NCBI GenBank assembly: GCA_037442925.1
Contig: JBBIPG010000002.1
Coordinates: 5,176-69,175 of the forward strand
Direction: 5' to 3'
DNA: 64,000 nt
DNA from: Candidatus Fraserbacteria bacterium
GTDB taxonomy: Bacteria > Bipolaricaulota > Bipolaricaulia > RBG-16-55-9
Below are positions 27,628 through 37,714 of the stretch, one piece after another. The notes beneath the pieces were generated by a model that had not been told where the DNA came from, did not search any database, and saw nothing but the letters and a program-made list of their open reading frames with translations. A program made the translations under genes and the position numbers. How positions within the stretch are numbered: the first letter of the stretch is position 1; each line of letters begins with the position of its first letter.

Positions 27628-29012
27628 CGCTCGCTCCTTCGCGGGAGGGATATGTAAAAGGTGCTTCCCTGATGGAGTTGGCTCTCGACCCAGACGCGTC
27701 CACCGTGCATTTCCACGTAACGCTTGACGATAGCCAATCCCAGCCCCAAGCCTTCCGTTTCACGTGTCGTCGAAGCGTCCAGTTGGGTAAAGGGCTCGAA
27801 GATCCGCTTCTGATCTTCCTCTTTGATCCCGATCCCACTGTCATGCACCGCGAAGAGCACTGTATCTCTCTTCTGTTGAAGTCGAATCTCCACAGATCCC
27901 TGTTCGGTGTACTTGATGGCATTGCTCAACAAGTTAATGAGAATCTGCTTGAGTTTTGTGCGATCGGCTTGCAATGGCAGAGCGCTCTTTCGCCCGAAAC
28001 GAAGGGTGACCTTCTTGGCAAGTGCCAGCGCTTCTACACTGTGCATCGCTTCCTCAACGACGTGCTTGGCATCGACCTGCTCCATGTGGAGTTTCTCCTC
28101 ACCCATCTCCAGCTTGGAGAACCGCAGCACATTCTCGATCAACTCCGAGAGATGTTCTCCCGATCTCATGATGGCATCCAGGCGCTTCTTCTGAGCCTGG
28201 TTGAGGCGACCCTCGACCTCCTCCTTCAGCAGTTGTGCGGAGCCGAGCAGTGTGTGAAGTGGGGTGCGCAGTTCGTGACCCATGATGGTGAGAAACTCCG
28301 ACTTGGCGCGATTGGATTTCTCCAGCTCTTGCTTTGTGTGAACGATCGAGTCTGCCATGTGATTGAATTCTTCTGATAGCGTCTCCAGCTCGTCCCCGCT
28401 TTTGACAGAAGACCGCGCCTCGAACATCCCTCGGCCAAACGCCCGCACGGATGCCATCAACTGTTCCACCGGCCGCAAGATGACTCGATAAAGCCCGAAT
28501 GCCACCAGTGTCCCTAGCAGTATAAAGCCGACGCTGGCACCCGAGACGATCAGAATGTCCTGCCCAATCTCGTACTGGATATACGTAATCGAAAGCCCCA
28601 AACGGACATAGCCTGAGCTGCTGCGTTGTTTGATGTCTAGATATGGCGTGCCGTCGAGCAGACGACCGCGACGGATCTCAAACTCTGCTGTCACCGCTTC
28701 CGTTGGCAGATCGACCGCAACACGCTTTTCTTCAGCGAGAACTCTTTGGTCTTGGACGATCTGCGCGTAGATGACGGGTTCTTCGAGGAGGTTCCGCAGC
28801 AGCCCTGGCAGCCTATTCTCCTCACCTAACGAGAGCAGGTGGGCCGTTTCTGTGACGGTATGTTTCGCTAACTGTCGGCCTCGTTCCACAAACTGTTCTT
28901 CGAGCTCGTAGGCCATGCGATAGGCAGCAATTGCCCCAAACAGAATCGAAAGCAGGATCGTAAAGGCAACGAACGCAACGATGAATTTGCCCTTCAGGCC
29001 AAAACGTCGCAT
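27624..29012 (-). CDS. Sensor histidine kinase (2 TM, HAMP, HisKA, HATPase_c)
   Basis: H-box MGHELRTPLHTLLGSAQLL. N/G boxes LLSNAIKYT and HDSGIGI/GLGLGLAIV. Confidence 0.9.
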   Translation of the reverse strand: MRRFGLKGKFIVAFVAFTILLSILFGAIAAYRMAYELEEQFVERGRQLAKHTVTETAHLLSLGEENRLPGLLRNLLEEPVIYAQIVQDQRVLAEEKRVAVDLPTEAVTAEFEIRRGRLLDGTPYLDIKQRSSSGYVRLGLSITYIQYEIGQDILIVSGASVGFILLGTLVAFGLYRVILRPVEQLMASVRAFGRGMFEARSSVKSGDELETLSEEFNHMADSIVHTKQELEKSNRAKSEFLTIMGHELRTPLHTLLGSAQLLKEEVEGRLNQAQKKRLDAIMRSGEHLSELIENVLRFSKLEMGEEKLHMEQVDAKHVVEEAMHSVEALALAKKVTLRFGRKSALPLQADRTKLKQILINLLSNAIKYTEQGSVEIRLQQKRDTVLFAVHDSGIGIKEEDQKRIFEPFTQLDASTTRETEGLGLGLAIVKRYVEMHGGRVWVESQLHQGSTFYISLPRRSER

Positions 29013-29039
29013 GGCACGCCGTAAGTCTAGAGCCTGCCT

Positions 29040-29477
29040 TCAGGATTTTCCGCGAGCTTTGCGGTTTTTCTTCCTCTCCACGGCATAGGCCATCTCAGAC
29101 AACGTTGTCGATTGCAGATATTCCTTGATCTGCTGGCGCAGTGGCTTGAACGTCTCATGGAGCGGACAGGGCATCTTGTCGTTGCACCGGGAGAGTCCTA
29201 CGGCACACTCGTCCAAGTCAGCCACGCCATCCACGGCTTTCTTGATCTCGTAGAGGGTGAACCTCTCTGCGGCCTTGGCCAGCTGGAAACCGCCTCCGGG
29301 TCCCTTGGTGGATCGTAGGAGCCCATCTCGAGCCAGATCTTGTAAGATCTTGCTTAAGAAATAGTGTGGGATCTTCTCGCTCTGGGAGATCTCCTTGGTG
29401 AGACAGAGCCTATCCGGATGCCGCGCCAAGTATGTCAAGGCCCGAATGGCATACTCGCAAGCGTTCGAATAGATCAT
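29040..29477 (-). CDS. Rrf2-family transcriptional regulator with Fe-S ligand Cys triad (IscR/NsrR/RsrR-like)
   Basis: MIYSNACEYAIRALTYLA HTH. C-x6-C-x5-C (CAVGLSRCNDKMPC). Confidence 0.85.
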   Translation of the reverse strand: MIYSNACEYAIRALTYLARHPDRLCLTKEISQSEKIPHYFLSKILQDLARDGLLRSTKGPGGGFQLAKAAERFTLYEIKKAVDGVADLDECAVGLSRCNDKMPCPLHETFKPLRQQIKEYLQSTTLSEMAYAVERKKNRKARGKS

Positions 29478-29519
29478 AATGAGAACCAGAAATCTTTATA
29501 ACACAATTCGGTCGTTGTT

Positions 29520-31988
29520 TCAAGTTTTATGGCGCTTCGGAGGAGTTGGTGGCTTTCTTTTCGTCACTTTTGCCTGCTTCTTGCGTGCTGGCTCTTCTTC
29601 CGGGGCTTCTTGGAGGCACTCGGCCAGCTCTTTCAATCGTTCCTGGATGCGATAGTTTACCGTGTCCTTAGGAAACGTTCCATCGGAGGCACGCTCCCCC
29701 GCGGGGACGCCGGTCAGGATCTCTATGCCCTCGTCGATTGTCTTTACGGCCCACACATGGAATCTGCCTGCTTGCACCGCATCGATCACTTCTTCGCGCA
29801 ACATCAAGTTCCGCACGTTGCTCGCGGGGATCATCACTCCCTGCTCCCCCGTCAGCCCTTGGATTTGACAGATCTCGAAGAAACCTTCGATCTTCTCGTT
29901 CACGCCACCGATGGCCTGGATCTCGCCATGCTGGTTGACCGAGCCCGTTACGGCAATGCTCTGTTTGAGAGGGAGTCCCGCAAGCGACGAGAGGAGGGCG
30001 TAGAGTTCCGCGCTGGAAGCGCTATCGCCCTCGATGCCTTCGTAGCTCTGCTCAAATACCAATCGCGCTGCCAGCGTGATCGGCATTCCTTGCGCGTACT
30101 TGTGAGAGAGGTAGCCGCTTAAGATCATGACCCCCTTGCTGTGAATGGGGCCACCCAGCTCGACTTCACGCTCGATGTCGATGATCCCTTCTCGTCCCGG
30201 TGCTACGCTGGCTGTGATGCGAACCGGTCGTCCAAACTCATAATCGCCCAGATGGATCACGGAAAGACCATTCACTTGACCCAGGGCATAATCGCGGGTA
30301 TCGATCAAGAGGGTTCCTTTGGCAATGAGCTCCTGAATGCGATCCCGCAGCAAGCTCTCACGATAGACTTTCTCTCGTAAGGCGCGGTGGACGTGCTCGG
30401 CGGTCACATACAAGGAATTCTCTTGAGTCGCCCAGAAGTGGGCTTCTCGTACGAGATCGGCAATCGCGCCGAAGTGGGTGGAGAGTTTTCCTTGATCTTC
30501 CGCTCGGCGCGCGGCATACTCCAGCATCTTGGCCATAGCGCTGGCATCCAAGTGTTTGAGCTTCTCCTTCTGGCAGAGGGTACACAAGAAGGAGAGGAAA
30601 TTCCGCACGTTCTCTTGGGTGCAGTCCATGTGGGTATCGAAGTCGGCTTTGACCTTGAAGAGCTCGGCAAACTCATCATCGTAGGTGTGCAACAGATAAT
30701 ACAAGATAGGCTCTCCTACGAGGAGCACTTTCACATCCAGGGGGATGGGTTGCGGTCGCAGGCTCTTGGTGCTCAGAAATCCCAGACGTTCCCCCAGCTC
30801 CTCGATCTGGATCTCCTGACTGCGCAGTGCCCGCTTCAGCCCATCCCAACTGAAGAGATTGCTTAAGAGGTCTTCGACCGGCAGGACTAAATAGCCCCCA
30901 TTCGCCCGATGGAGCGCGCCCGCTTTGATCATCGTGAAATCGGTGTAGAGAGCACCGAAGACCGTCTCCTTCTCGATGCGCCCGAAGAGATTGCTGTGGC
31001 TGGGATTGAACTCCACGACGACCGGCGCTCCCTGCTGCTCACTGTTGTCCACCAGCACGTTGACCTGGTATTTCCGAAAGGGGAGATCCGACAGCCATGG
31101 CGTGGGAGGGCCCGCTTCCGCAGGAGGCGGAGAGTCCGTCGGTTTCGCCTTGAAAGAGTCTATATTTTCGAGAATGTCTTGGGACACGGCTTCGAGATGA
31201 TCTATTACTTGCGGTAGGTCTTGGTATTTCTCCAGAAGCTCTTCGATCAAGCCACCGACGATGTAGAGGGCTACTTGCTGATCCAATTCTTGGATTTCCC
31301 CTTGGGCGGCGCGTTCCAGTTCGCGCGCTTGCTTCATCATGACCTTTAGTTCCTCCTGCAGCTGCTCGCGGCGCCGTTGCAGATCCTCGCGTACGGTCGC
31401 GGGCAAAGCGAGAAATTCCGCATCACTTAAGGGTTTGCCTCCCACCACAGGCACCATCATGACGCCCAAGGGTGTGGCCTGTAGGGTGAAGCCTGCTTCC
31501 GCCGCTTGTGCACCCAAGCGTTGCAGCATCGCTTCTCGCTGTTGGTTCACTGCTTTGACGATCTCGTCACGACGGGCGTTGTATTCATCGCTCTCAAAGA
31601 CTTTGGGGATCTCTCGGCGCGCATGCTCGAGGAAGTTCTTCATGTCCCGCTGGAGCTCTTTACCGCGACCTGGAGGAAGCTTCATCACTTGGGGTTGATC
31701 AGGATCCGCGAAGTCATTCACATAGCACCAGTCCGGCGGAGTCTCTTTCTGTTTCGCAAGCTTCTCCAAGAACGCCTTGATGGCCGTCATTTTGCCGATG
31801 CCCGGCAGTCCAGCGACATACGTGTTGAAGCCGATCGCTTGGATGCCCAAGCCAAATCGCAGGGCATTGACCGCGCGTTCCTGGCCGATGATGCCCTCCA
31901 GCAATGGGAGATTCTCCGTGGTTTCGCAGTCAAGTTCTTTGGGATCAAACACGCGTCGAAGTTGCGTGGGTGACAGTTTCTGACTCAT
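29520..31988 (-). CDS. Lon-related protease (LonC/YcbZ-like): AAA+-like N-domain + C-terminal Lon S16 proteolytic domain
   Basis: LPGIGKMTAIKAF Walker-A-like. C-terminal GDSASSAELYALLSSLAG...K Ser-Lys dyad region. Confidence 0.7.
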   Translation of the reverse strand: MSQKLSPTQLRRVFDPKELDCETTENLPLLEGIIGQERAVNALRFGLGIQAIGFNTYVAGLPGIGKMTAIKAFLEKLAKQKETPPDWCYVNDFADPDQPQVMKLPPGRGKELQRDMKNFLEHARREIPKVFESDEYNARRDEIVKAVNQQREAMLQRLGAQAAEAGFTLQATPLGVMMVPVVGGKPLSDAEFLALPATVREDLQRRREQLQEELKVMMKQARELERAAQGEIQELDQQVALYIVGGLIEELLEKYQDLPQVIDHLEAVSQDILENIDSFKAKPTDSPPPAEAGPPTPWLSDLPFRKYQVNVLVDNSEQQGAPVVVEFNPSHSNLFGRIEKETVFGALYTDFTMIKAGALHRANGGYLVLPVEDLLSNLFSWDGLKRALRSQEIQIEELGERLGFLSTKSLRPQPIPLDVKVLLVGEPILYYLLHTYDDEFAELFKVKADFDTHMDCTQENVRNFLSFLCTLCQKEKLKHLDASAMAKMLEYAARRAEDQGKLSTHFGAIADLVREAHFWATQENSLYVTAEHVHRALREKVYRESLLRDRIQELIAKGTLLIDTRDYALGQVNGLSVIHLGDYEFGRPVRITASVAPGREGIIDIEREVELGGPIHSKGVMILSGYLSHKYAQGMPITLAARLVFEQSYEGIEGDSASSAELYALLSSLAGLPLKQSIAVTGSVNQHGEIQAIGGVNEKIEGFFEICQIQGLTGEQGVMIPASNVRNLMLREEVIDAVQAGRFHVWAVKTIDEGIEILTGVPAGERASDGTFPKDTVNYRIQERLKELAECLQEAPEEEPARKKQAKVTKRKPPTPPKRHKT

Positions 31989-32031
31989 CGATAGCCTCCC
32001 CTGCGATGATTAAAGCAAAAGAGTTTGGACC

Positions 32032-33087
32032 TTAGCAAATCCTCGGTAATTGCTCACCACTCAGCATATCCAGAATGCGATTGGCACCAATGTGACTCTG
32101 TAGCCTCACGAGGCCACCGCGATCCTCGGTAACCCGACCGATCAGAGACGCATTTCGACCCAAGTCGTCCGCTCGCATCAGCTCAAGAGCGCGCTCTACA
32201 TCCGACGGGGAGACAAATGCGATGAATCGACCCTCGTTCGCGACGTAGAGGGGATCAAGCCCCAACAGCTCACAGGCGCCCTGCACATCGTCTCTTACGG
32301 GAATCGCACTCTCCTCCACGGCGATGCCAGTTCCCGCGGCCTGCGCGATTTCATTCAAGGCACTGGCCAAGCCGCCGCGTGTGAGGTCTCGCAGACAGTG
32401 AATCGCAATGCCTGCGTCGAGCAGCCTGAGCACCAGGCGGTTCATGGGTGCAGAATCGCTCTCGATCTCGCTTTCAAACGCCAAGCCTTCGCGTACCGCC
32501 ATGACCGCGATCCCATGGCGTCCAATATCCCCATTTAGCAAGATGAGATCACCAGGCTTCACATTCTTGGGAAGGATGGAGACGCCATGCTCGATGCTTC
32601 CGATGCCTGCTGTATTGATAAACACGCCATCTCCCTTCCCTTTATCGACGACTTTCGTGTCGCCGGTGACCAGCTGCACTCCGGCGAGTTCTGCTGCCTG
32701 TTGCATCGAGCGCACCACACGCCAGAGTGTTTCCATCGGCAATCCCTCTTCCAAAATCAAACCGGCACTCAAGAATAGAGGCCGTGCGCCACACATAGCC
32801 AGATCGTTCACCGTGCCGTAGATAGCCAATTTCCCGATGTCTCCGCCGGGGAAGAAGAGCGGGCGCACCACATACGAGTCCGTCGTGAAGGCCAACTTTG
32901 CCCCATTGAAATTGACAATAGCTCCGTCGTGGCGTTCGTCGAGATAGGGGTTCTTGAAGGCCGGTCCGAAGATCTTCTCGATGAGTTGATGCATGAGTCT
33001 TCCTCCACCCCCGTGCGCGAGCAGCACCTGAGGGTACTCCGAGATGGGAATCGGACAACTGAGCATGAAATCTTCTCTTTCGGCCAT
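32032..33087 (-). CDS. hypE: [NiFe]-hydrogenase maturation protein HypE
   Basis: AIR-synthase-like fold. C-terminal ...GEQLPRIC. Start at internal ATG 33087 (ATGA overlap with hypD). ORF-track upstream extension is not HypE-like. Confidence 0.85.
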   Translation of the reverse strand: MAEREDFMLSCPIPISEYPQVLLAHGGGGRLMHQLIEKIFGPAFKNPYLDERHDGAIVNFNGAKLAFTTDSYVVRPLFFPGGDIGKLAIYGTVNDLAMCGARPLFLSAGLILEEGLPMETLWRVVRSMQQAAELAGVQLVTGDTKVVDKGKGDGVFINTAGIGSIEHGVSILPKNVKPGDLILLNGDIGRHGIAVMAVREGLAFESEIESDSAPMNRLVLRLLDAGIAIHCLRDLTRGGLASALNEIAQAAGTGIAVEESAIPVRDDVQGACELLGLDPLYVANEGRFIAFVSPSDVERALELMRADDLGRNASLIGRVTEDRGGLVRLQSHIGANRILDMLSGEQLPRIC

Positions 33088-34202
33088 CAAGACCCCTTGA
33101 TTACACGGGCTGTCGCGGGCATGCGCCGGTAACGGTAGTAAGCAGCACAAGCTCCTTCCGAAGAGACCATCGTTGCTCCTAAAGGGTGTTCGGGAGTACA
33201 GCGTGTCCCGAAGGTGGGACACTCGTGCGGCTTCTTGATGCCCTGCAAGATGAGGCCACTGATGCATTCCGAAGATTCCTCGACCGTGTGCGCGGCGACG
33301 CCAAAGCGCCGCTCGGCATCGTATTCGGCGAATCTCGGCTGCAATCCTAATCCACTCTGAGGGATCTCCCCCATGCCGCGCCACTTGCGCGGGATAACTC
33401 GAAAGACCTCGCGAATGAGCTGCTGAGCTACTCGATTGCCCTCTCGGCGAACGGATCGCGTGTACTGGTTCTCCACTTCGGCTCGGCCCTCTTCGAGTTG
33501 CCGGACACACATGTAGACGCCCTGGAGAATGTCCAACGGCTCAAAGCCGGTGACCACAATGGGGACTCTGTATTTCTTCGCGATCGGTTCGTATTCCGTG
33601 TAGCCCATCACCGTGCAGACGTGACCAGCAGCTAAGAAACCCTGCACACGGTTGTGGGGTGAGGAGAGCAGAGCCTCCATCGCCGGAGGGACCAAGACGT
33701 GCGATACCAGCATCGAGAAATTTCTGATGTTCTGTTGATACGCTTGATAGACGGCCATCGCATTCGCGGGGGCTGTGGTTTCAAAACCCACGGCGAAGAA
33801 GACGACCTCTTTGCTGGGATTCTCTTGTGCGATCCGGAGGGCATCGAGTGGGGAGTAAACGATGCGAACGTCGCCTCCATTGGCTTTCGCACTCAGCAAG
33901 TCTTTCTTAGTGCCCGGCACGCGCAGCATGTCTCCGAACGAACAGAAGATGACATCGGGGCGTGAGGCGATCTCGATGGCTTTATCAATCAATTCCACGG
34001 ATGTGACGCACACCGGGCATCCGGGGCCGTGCACCAGCGTGAGCGCTTCGGGCAGGAATTCATCGATGCCAAACTTGACAATGGCGTGGGTCTGTCCGCC
34101 ACACACTTCCATGAGCGTCCAGGGTCTGGTTGCGATGCGCTGAATCAGACGTGCGTAGCGCTGTGCTGCCTGGGCATCGCGGTATTCACTGATGAATCTC
34201 AT
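33087..34202 (-). CDS. hypD: [NiFe]-hydrogenase maturation protein HypD
   Basis: [27 protein letters not shown] and C-terminal Cys motifs. 371 aa. Confidence 0.9.
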   Translation of the reverse strand: MRFISEYRDAQAAQRYARLIQRIATRPWTLMEVCGGQTHAIVKFGIDEFLPEALTLVHGPGCPVCVTSVELIDKAIEIASRPDVIFCSFGDMLRVPGTKKDLLSAKANGGDVRIVYSPLDALRIAQENPSKEVVFFAVGFETTAPANAMAVYQAYQQNIRNFSMLVSHVLVPPAMEALLSSPHNRVQGFLAAGHVCTVMGYTEYEPIAKKYRVPIVVTGFEPLDILQGVYMCVRQLEEGRAEVENQYTRSVRREGNRVAQQLIREVFRVIPRKWRGMGEIPQSGLGLQPRFAEYDAERRFGVAAHTVEESSECISGLILQGIKKPHECPTFGTRCTPEHPLGATMVSSEGACAAYYRYRRMPATARVIKGS

Positions 34203-34462
34203 GTTGTTCCTGACTCCAGCTCTTTCAGTTCATCCATCTGCCGTAAGTACTCGAAAACGCGCTCGGCTTCTTGCTCATCGAGTGTGCTGATGGCAAAGCC
34301 CACATGCACGATGACGTAGTCGCCGACGTTGGCCTCGGGCACATAGGCGAGATGGACTTCTTTGATGATGCCGCCGAAGTTGACTCTGCCAGTGCGCCAC
34401 AGTGGGTCATCACTACTGATGCTTTCGATGCGACCGGGAACGGCAAGGCACATGGCGATCAC
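34199..34462 (-). CDS. hypC: Hydrogenase maturation protein HypC
   Basis: [13 protein letters not shown]-terminal MC(L/I)A(V/I)P signature. 87 aa. Confidence 0.88.
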   Translation of the reverse strand: MIAMCLAVPGRIESISSDDPLWRTGRVNFGGIIKEVHLAYVPEANVGDYVIVHVGFAISTLDEQEAERVFEYLRQMDELKELESGTT

Positions 34463-36765
34463 TCCCTCGAGTTTGCCGCTGCCACAACCTGCCCTAGCGC
34501 GATGCCACCATCGTTGGGCGGCACGCGTTGATGCCAGTACACCCGAAATCCTTCCCCACGCAGCCGCTCCACCGCTCGCTCTGTGAGATAAATGTTCTGG
34601 AAACAGCCTCCCGTAAGCACTACTCGTTCCTCTCCTACTCTCTTTGCCATTACGACCATCATCTCAACAAGCGTGTTGTGAAACTTCGCCGATATCTTAC
34701 TCACAGAGATGTGACTCTGCATATCCGCGAGTACCCCATGCACCAAGGGCTCCCAGTCAAGGAGAATGGCCTCCCCCTCATCGCCGAGTTGGGCTCTCGC
34801 AATCTGGAAATCATAAACTTCATCGGTCTTGACGCCATGGAGCGCGAATTCCAACTCCATCGCTGCTTGTCCCTCGAACTTCGTCTCTTGCCGAAGTCCG
34901 ATAATGGACGCTACGGCATCGACAAGGCGCCCCGCGCTCGATGTGCGCGGTGTATTGAGCTTCTGCTGAAGCATCCTCTGTAAGAGCTTGCGCTCTGCGA
35001 GCGAGAAGGCCTCTAGCGGTGGAAGCTCGCGCAGGGAAAAGAGTGTATCCCCGAAGATCTCATAGAGAAGTCCAAGAGCTGTGCGTCGTGGCTCTTTAAT
35101 CGCCTGTTCGCCCCCCGGCAGGGGAAACGTGCGCAGATGCCCCACCCTACGGAAAGAAGTTTGCGTGGCCCACAAGAACTCCCCGCCCCAGACTGTGCCG
35201 TCGAGTCCGTAGCCCGTCCCATCCCACGAGACGCCCAGCACAGGCTCCTTGGTAAGTTCGTTTTCGGCCATGCACGAGAGGACGTGGGCGTAATGGTGCT
35301 GCACACGGGTCAAGGGCAAGCCACGCTGTCGGGCATACTTACTGGAGAGATAATCAGGGTGGGCATCACAAGCGATGCTCTGGGGCTTCAAGTCGTAGAG
35401 GCGCTCGCAATCTGCAATGACACGACAGAAGGCTCCGAAAGCCTCTGCCGTCTCCAAGTCTCCAACGTGTTGACTGATAAAGACATCCTGACCCAAGGAG
35501 ATGGCGATGCTATTCTTGAGATGCGCTCCCACAGCCAGTAGGGGCGACCGGCCGGTCGCCTCTACGAGATGGATCGGCAAGGGCGCATACCCACGAGCGC
35601 GGCGCAGTACGAGCTCTCGCCCCATTACGATGCGCACGATGGAATCGTCGACATGGCGAGCAATCGGACGATCATGAACGAGAAAGAGATCCGCGATCTT
35701 CCCAAGGCGTGTCAGGGCGTCGCGCTCATCAATGCAGATGGGCTCATCGGAGAGATTGCCGCTGGTGGCGACCACGGGGAAGTCCAATTCGGCCATGAGC
35801 AGATGATGCAAGGGCGTATAGGGCAGCATGATGCCAAGATAGGGATTACGCGGGGCGACAGAGGGCGCGAGCTCGGCGCGCTCAGATCGGCGCTTGAGCA
35901 GCACAATGGGCGACTCCGGTGAGGTGAGGAGTCGCGCCTCCAACTCTGAGACCTCACAATGAGCCTTGACCCATTGCAGATGGGGATACATGAGAGCCAA
36001 GGGTTTTTCCTCGCGGTGCTTGCGCTGGCGCAGGCGCTCTACGGCTTCTTCATGGCGTGCATCTACCATGAGATGAAATCCGCCCAGGCCTTTGACGGCA
36101 ACAATCTTCCCTTCTTGAATGGCATATGCAGCTTGCAGGAGGGCGTCGTCATGGGAAGCTAAGATCTTGCCCGCGCTATCCCACAGTTCCAAGTGTGGTC
36201 CACATTCAGGGCAGGCGTTGGGTTGGGCATGAAAGCGTCTATCCATGGGATTTTCATACTCTGCTTGGCACATGCGGCACATGGGGAACACCTTCATCGT
36301 TGTATGGGGGCGGTCATACGGCAGGGTCTCGATGATGCTGAAGCGCGGGCCGCAATTGGTGCAATTGGTGAAGGGGTAGCGAAAGCGGCGATTATTGGGG
36401 CCGAAGGTGTCCTGAAGGCAATCTGCACATGTGGCGATGTCCGGCAGGATAAGGACGCTCTTTTCTCCCGAGTCGTCGCTGTGCCGAATCTCAAACGTCT
36501 CATAGCCGACGGCCTCGAGAAAGGAAGACTCTAAACTTTGAATGAAGGATCGTGGAGGTCTTTCTCGTTCGATGCGCAGCAGGAATCTCTCTAACTGTTC
36601 GCGGCCACCCTCCACTTCGATGAAGACACCTTTGGTGGAATTCTGTACCCAGCCTGTGAGCCCCAAGTCAGTAGCCAGGCGATAGATGAAGGGGCGAAAG
36701 CCGACGCCCTGCACGGCACCGCGGATTACAACACGCAAACGTTGCAATTGCTTATCATTCGCCAC
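34459..36765 (-). CDS. hypF: Carbamoyltransferase HypF
   Basis: Acylphosphatase domain, two Zn-finger CxxC pairs, YrdC and Kae1-like domains. 768 aa. Confidence 0.92.
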   Translation of the reverse strand: MANDKQLQRLRVVIRGAVQGVGFRPFIYRLATDLGLTGWVQNSTKGVFIEVEGGREQLERFLLRIERERPPRSFIQSLESSFLEAVGYETFEIRHSDDSGEKSVLILPDIATCADCLQDTFGPNNRRFRYPFTNCTNCGPRFSIIETLPYDRPHTTMKVFPMCRMCQAEYENPMDRRFHAQPNACPECGPHLELWDSAGKILASHDDALLQAAYAIQEGKIVAVKGLGGFHLMVDARHEEAVERLRQRKHREEKPLALMYPHLQWVKAHCEVSELEARLLTSPESPIVLLKRRSERAELAPSVAPRNPYLGIMLPYTPLHHLLMAELDFPVVATSGNLSDEPICIDERDALTRLGKIADLFLVHDRPIARHVDDSIVRIVMGRELVLRRARGYAPLPIHLVEATGRSPLLAVGAHLKNSIAISLGQDVFISQHVGDLETAEAFGAFCRVIADCERLYDLKPQSIACDAHPDYLSSKYARQRGLPLTRVQHHYAHVLSCMAENELTKEPVLGVSWDGTGYGLDGTVWGGEFLWATQTSFRRVGHLRTFPLPGGEQAIKEPRRTALGLLYEIFGDTLFSLRELPPLEAFSLAERKLLQRMLQQKLNTPRTSSAGRLVDAVASIIGLRQETKFEGQAAMELEFALHGVKTDEVYDFQIARAQLGDEGEAILLDWEPLVHGVLADMQSHISVSKISAKFHNTLVEMMVVMAKRVGEERVVLTGGCFQNIYLTERAVERLRGEGFRVYWHQRVPPNDGGIALGQVVAAANSRE

Positions 36766-36823
36766 AACTTACAGGCTACAAAAAGCCTACGTCGTTGACC
36801 AGCGCAGGGAGGACAACAGCAAA

Positions 36824-37714
36824 CTACATATGGTCCCGGCACTTGGCGAGTAATCTCTCCCATTCTGTGTCCACGATCTTCTGGATACGCTCGGTGTCCT
36901 CTTCACGGAGATGGCTGAAGCGTCCCTGCTGCGTGAAGTACTCACGTGCGGGGATTCCATCAGGCATCACGCTGATTGTGTAATGGGTGCCTTCCTCGAT
37001 TTCATAGAGAGGGAAGACTTTCGTCTGCACGGCGAGCCGGGCGAGCTTTACCGAAAGCTCGGAAGAGATCTTCCAGCCGGGTGGACAAGGCGATAGCAGA
37101 TGGATGAACTTCATTCCGCGAATGCTCTTGGCCTTTTCGATCTTGCGTACCAGATCATCGGGATAGGCAATCGACGCCGTCGCGGCATAGGGAATCCTGT
37201 GCGCGGCCATAATCCCCATCATGTCCTTCTTGGGTTCGCCCTTGGGAGATAGTTTTGGAGTGGTCGTGGTCCACGCAAGATAAGGCGTTGCAGAGCTTCG
37301 TTGAATCCCGGTGTTCATATACGCTTCATTGTCATAGCAGACATAGAGGATGTTTTCGTTGCGTTCAGCAGCACCGGAGAGGGATTGCAGCCCGATATCA
37401 AACGTCCCGCCATCGCCGGCCCAAGCCAGCACTGTCGTTTCGGTATCCCCTTGCACGTCCAAGGCGGCTCGCACACCCGAAGCAGCTACAGCTGCTGTCT
37501 CGAAAGCCGTATGCAACAGCGGCACCTTAAGCGATGAGTACGGGAAAGGCCCGGCAATGATCGTCCAGCAACAAGCGGGCAGCACGACAATCGTCTTGGG
37601 GCCGAGAGCCTTGAGCACATAGCGCATGCCCAGCGTCGCCCCGCACCCCTGGCAACCCAGATGCCCCGAACCCATCAACTCCACTTCGGGCACAGTAAAA
37701 TTCACGTGGCTCAT
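36824..37714 (-). CDS. Third OFOR, beta subunit (TPP-binding)
   Basis: GCQGCGA and GDGGTFDIGLQSLSGAAERNE. Start MSHVNF at 37714 gives ATGA overlap with alpha stop (ORF track starts at 37732). Confidence 0.82.
   Translation of the reverse strand: MSHVNFTVPEVELMGSGHLGCQGCGATLGMRYVLKALGPKTIVVLPACCWTIIAGPFPYSSLKVPLLHTAFETAAVAASGVRAALDVQGDTETTVLAWAGDGGTFDIGLQSLSGAAERNENILYVCYDNEAYMNTGIQRSSATPYLAWTTTTPKLSPKGEPKKDMMGIMAAHRIPYAATASIAYPDDLVRKIEKAKSIRGMKFIHLLSPCPPGWKISSELSVKLARLAVQTKVFPLYEIEEGTHYTISVMPDGIPAREYFTQQGRFSHLREEDTERIQKIVDTEWERLLAKCRDHM

Noticed and set aside
33088-33510. 141-codon N-terminal extension of hypE ORF
   Set aside because: Arg/Ser-rich non-HypE sequence overlapping hypD. The internal ATG at 33087 gives canonical HypE length and ATGA coupling.
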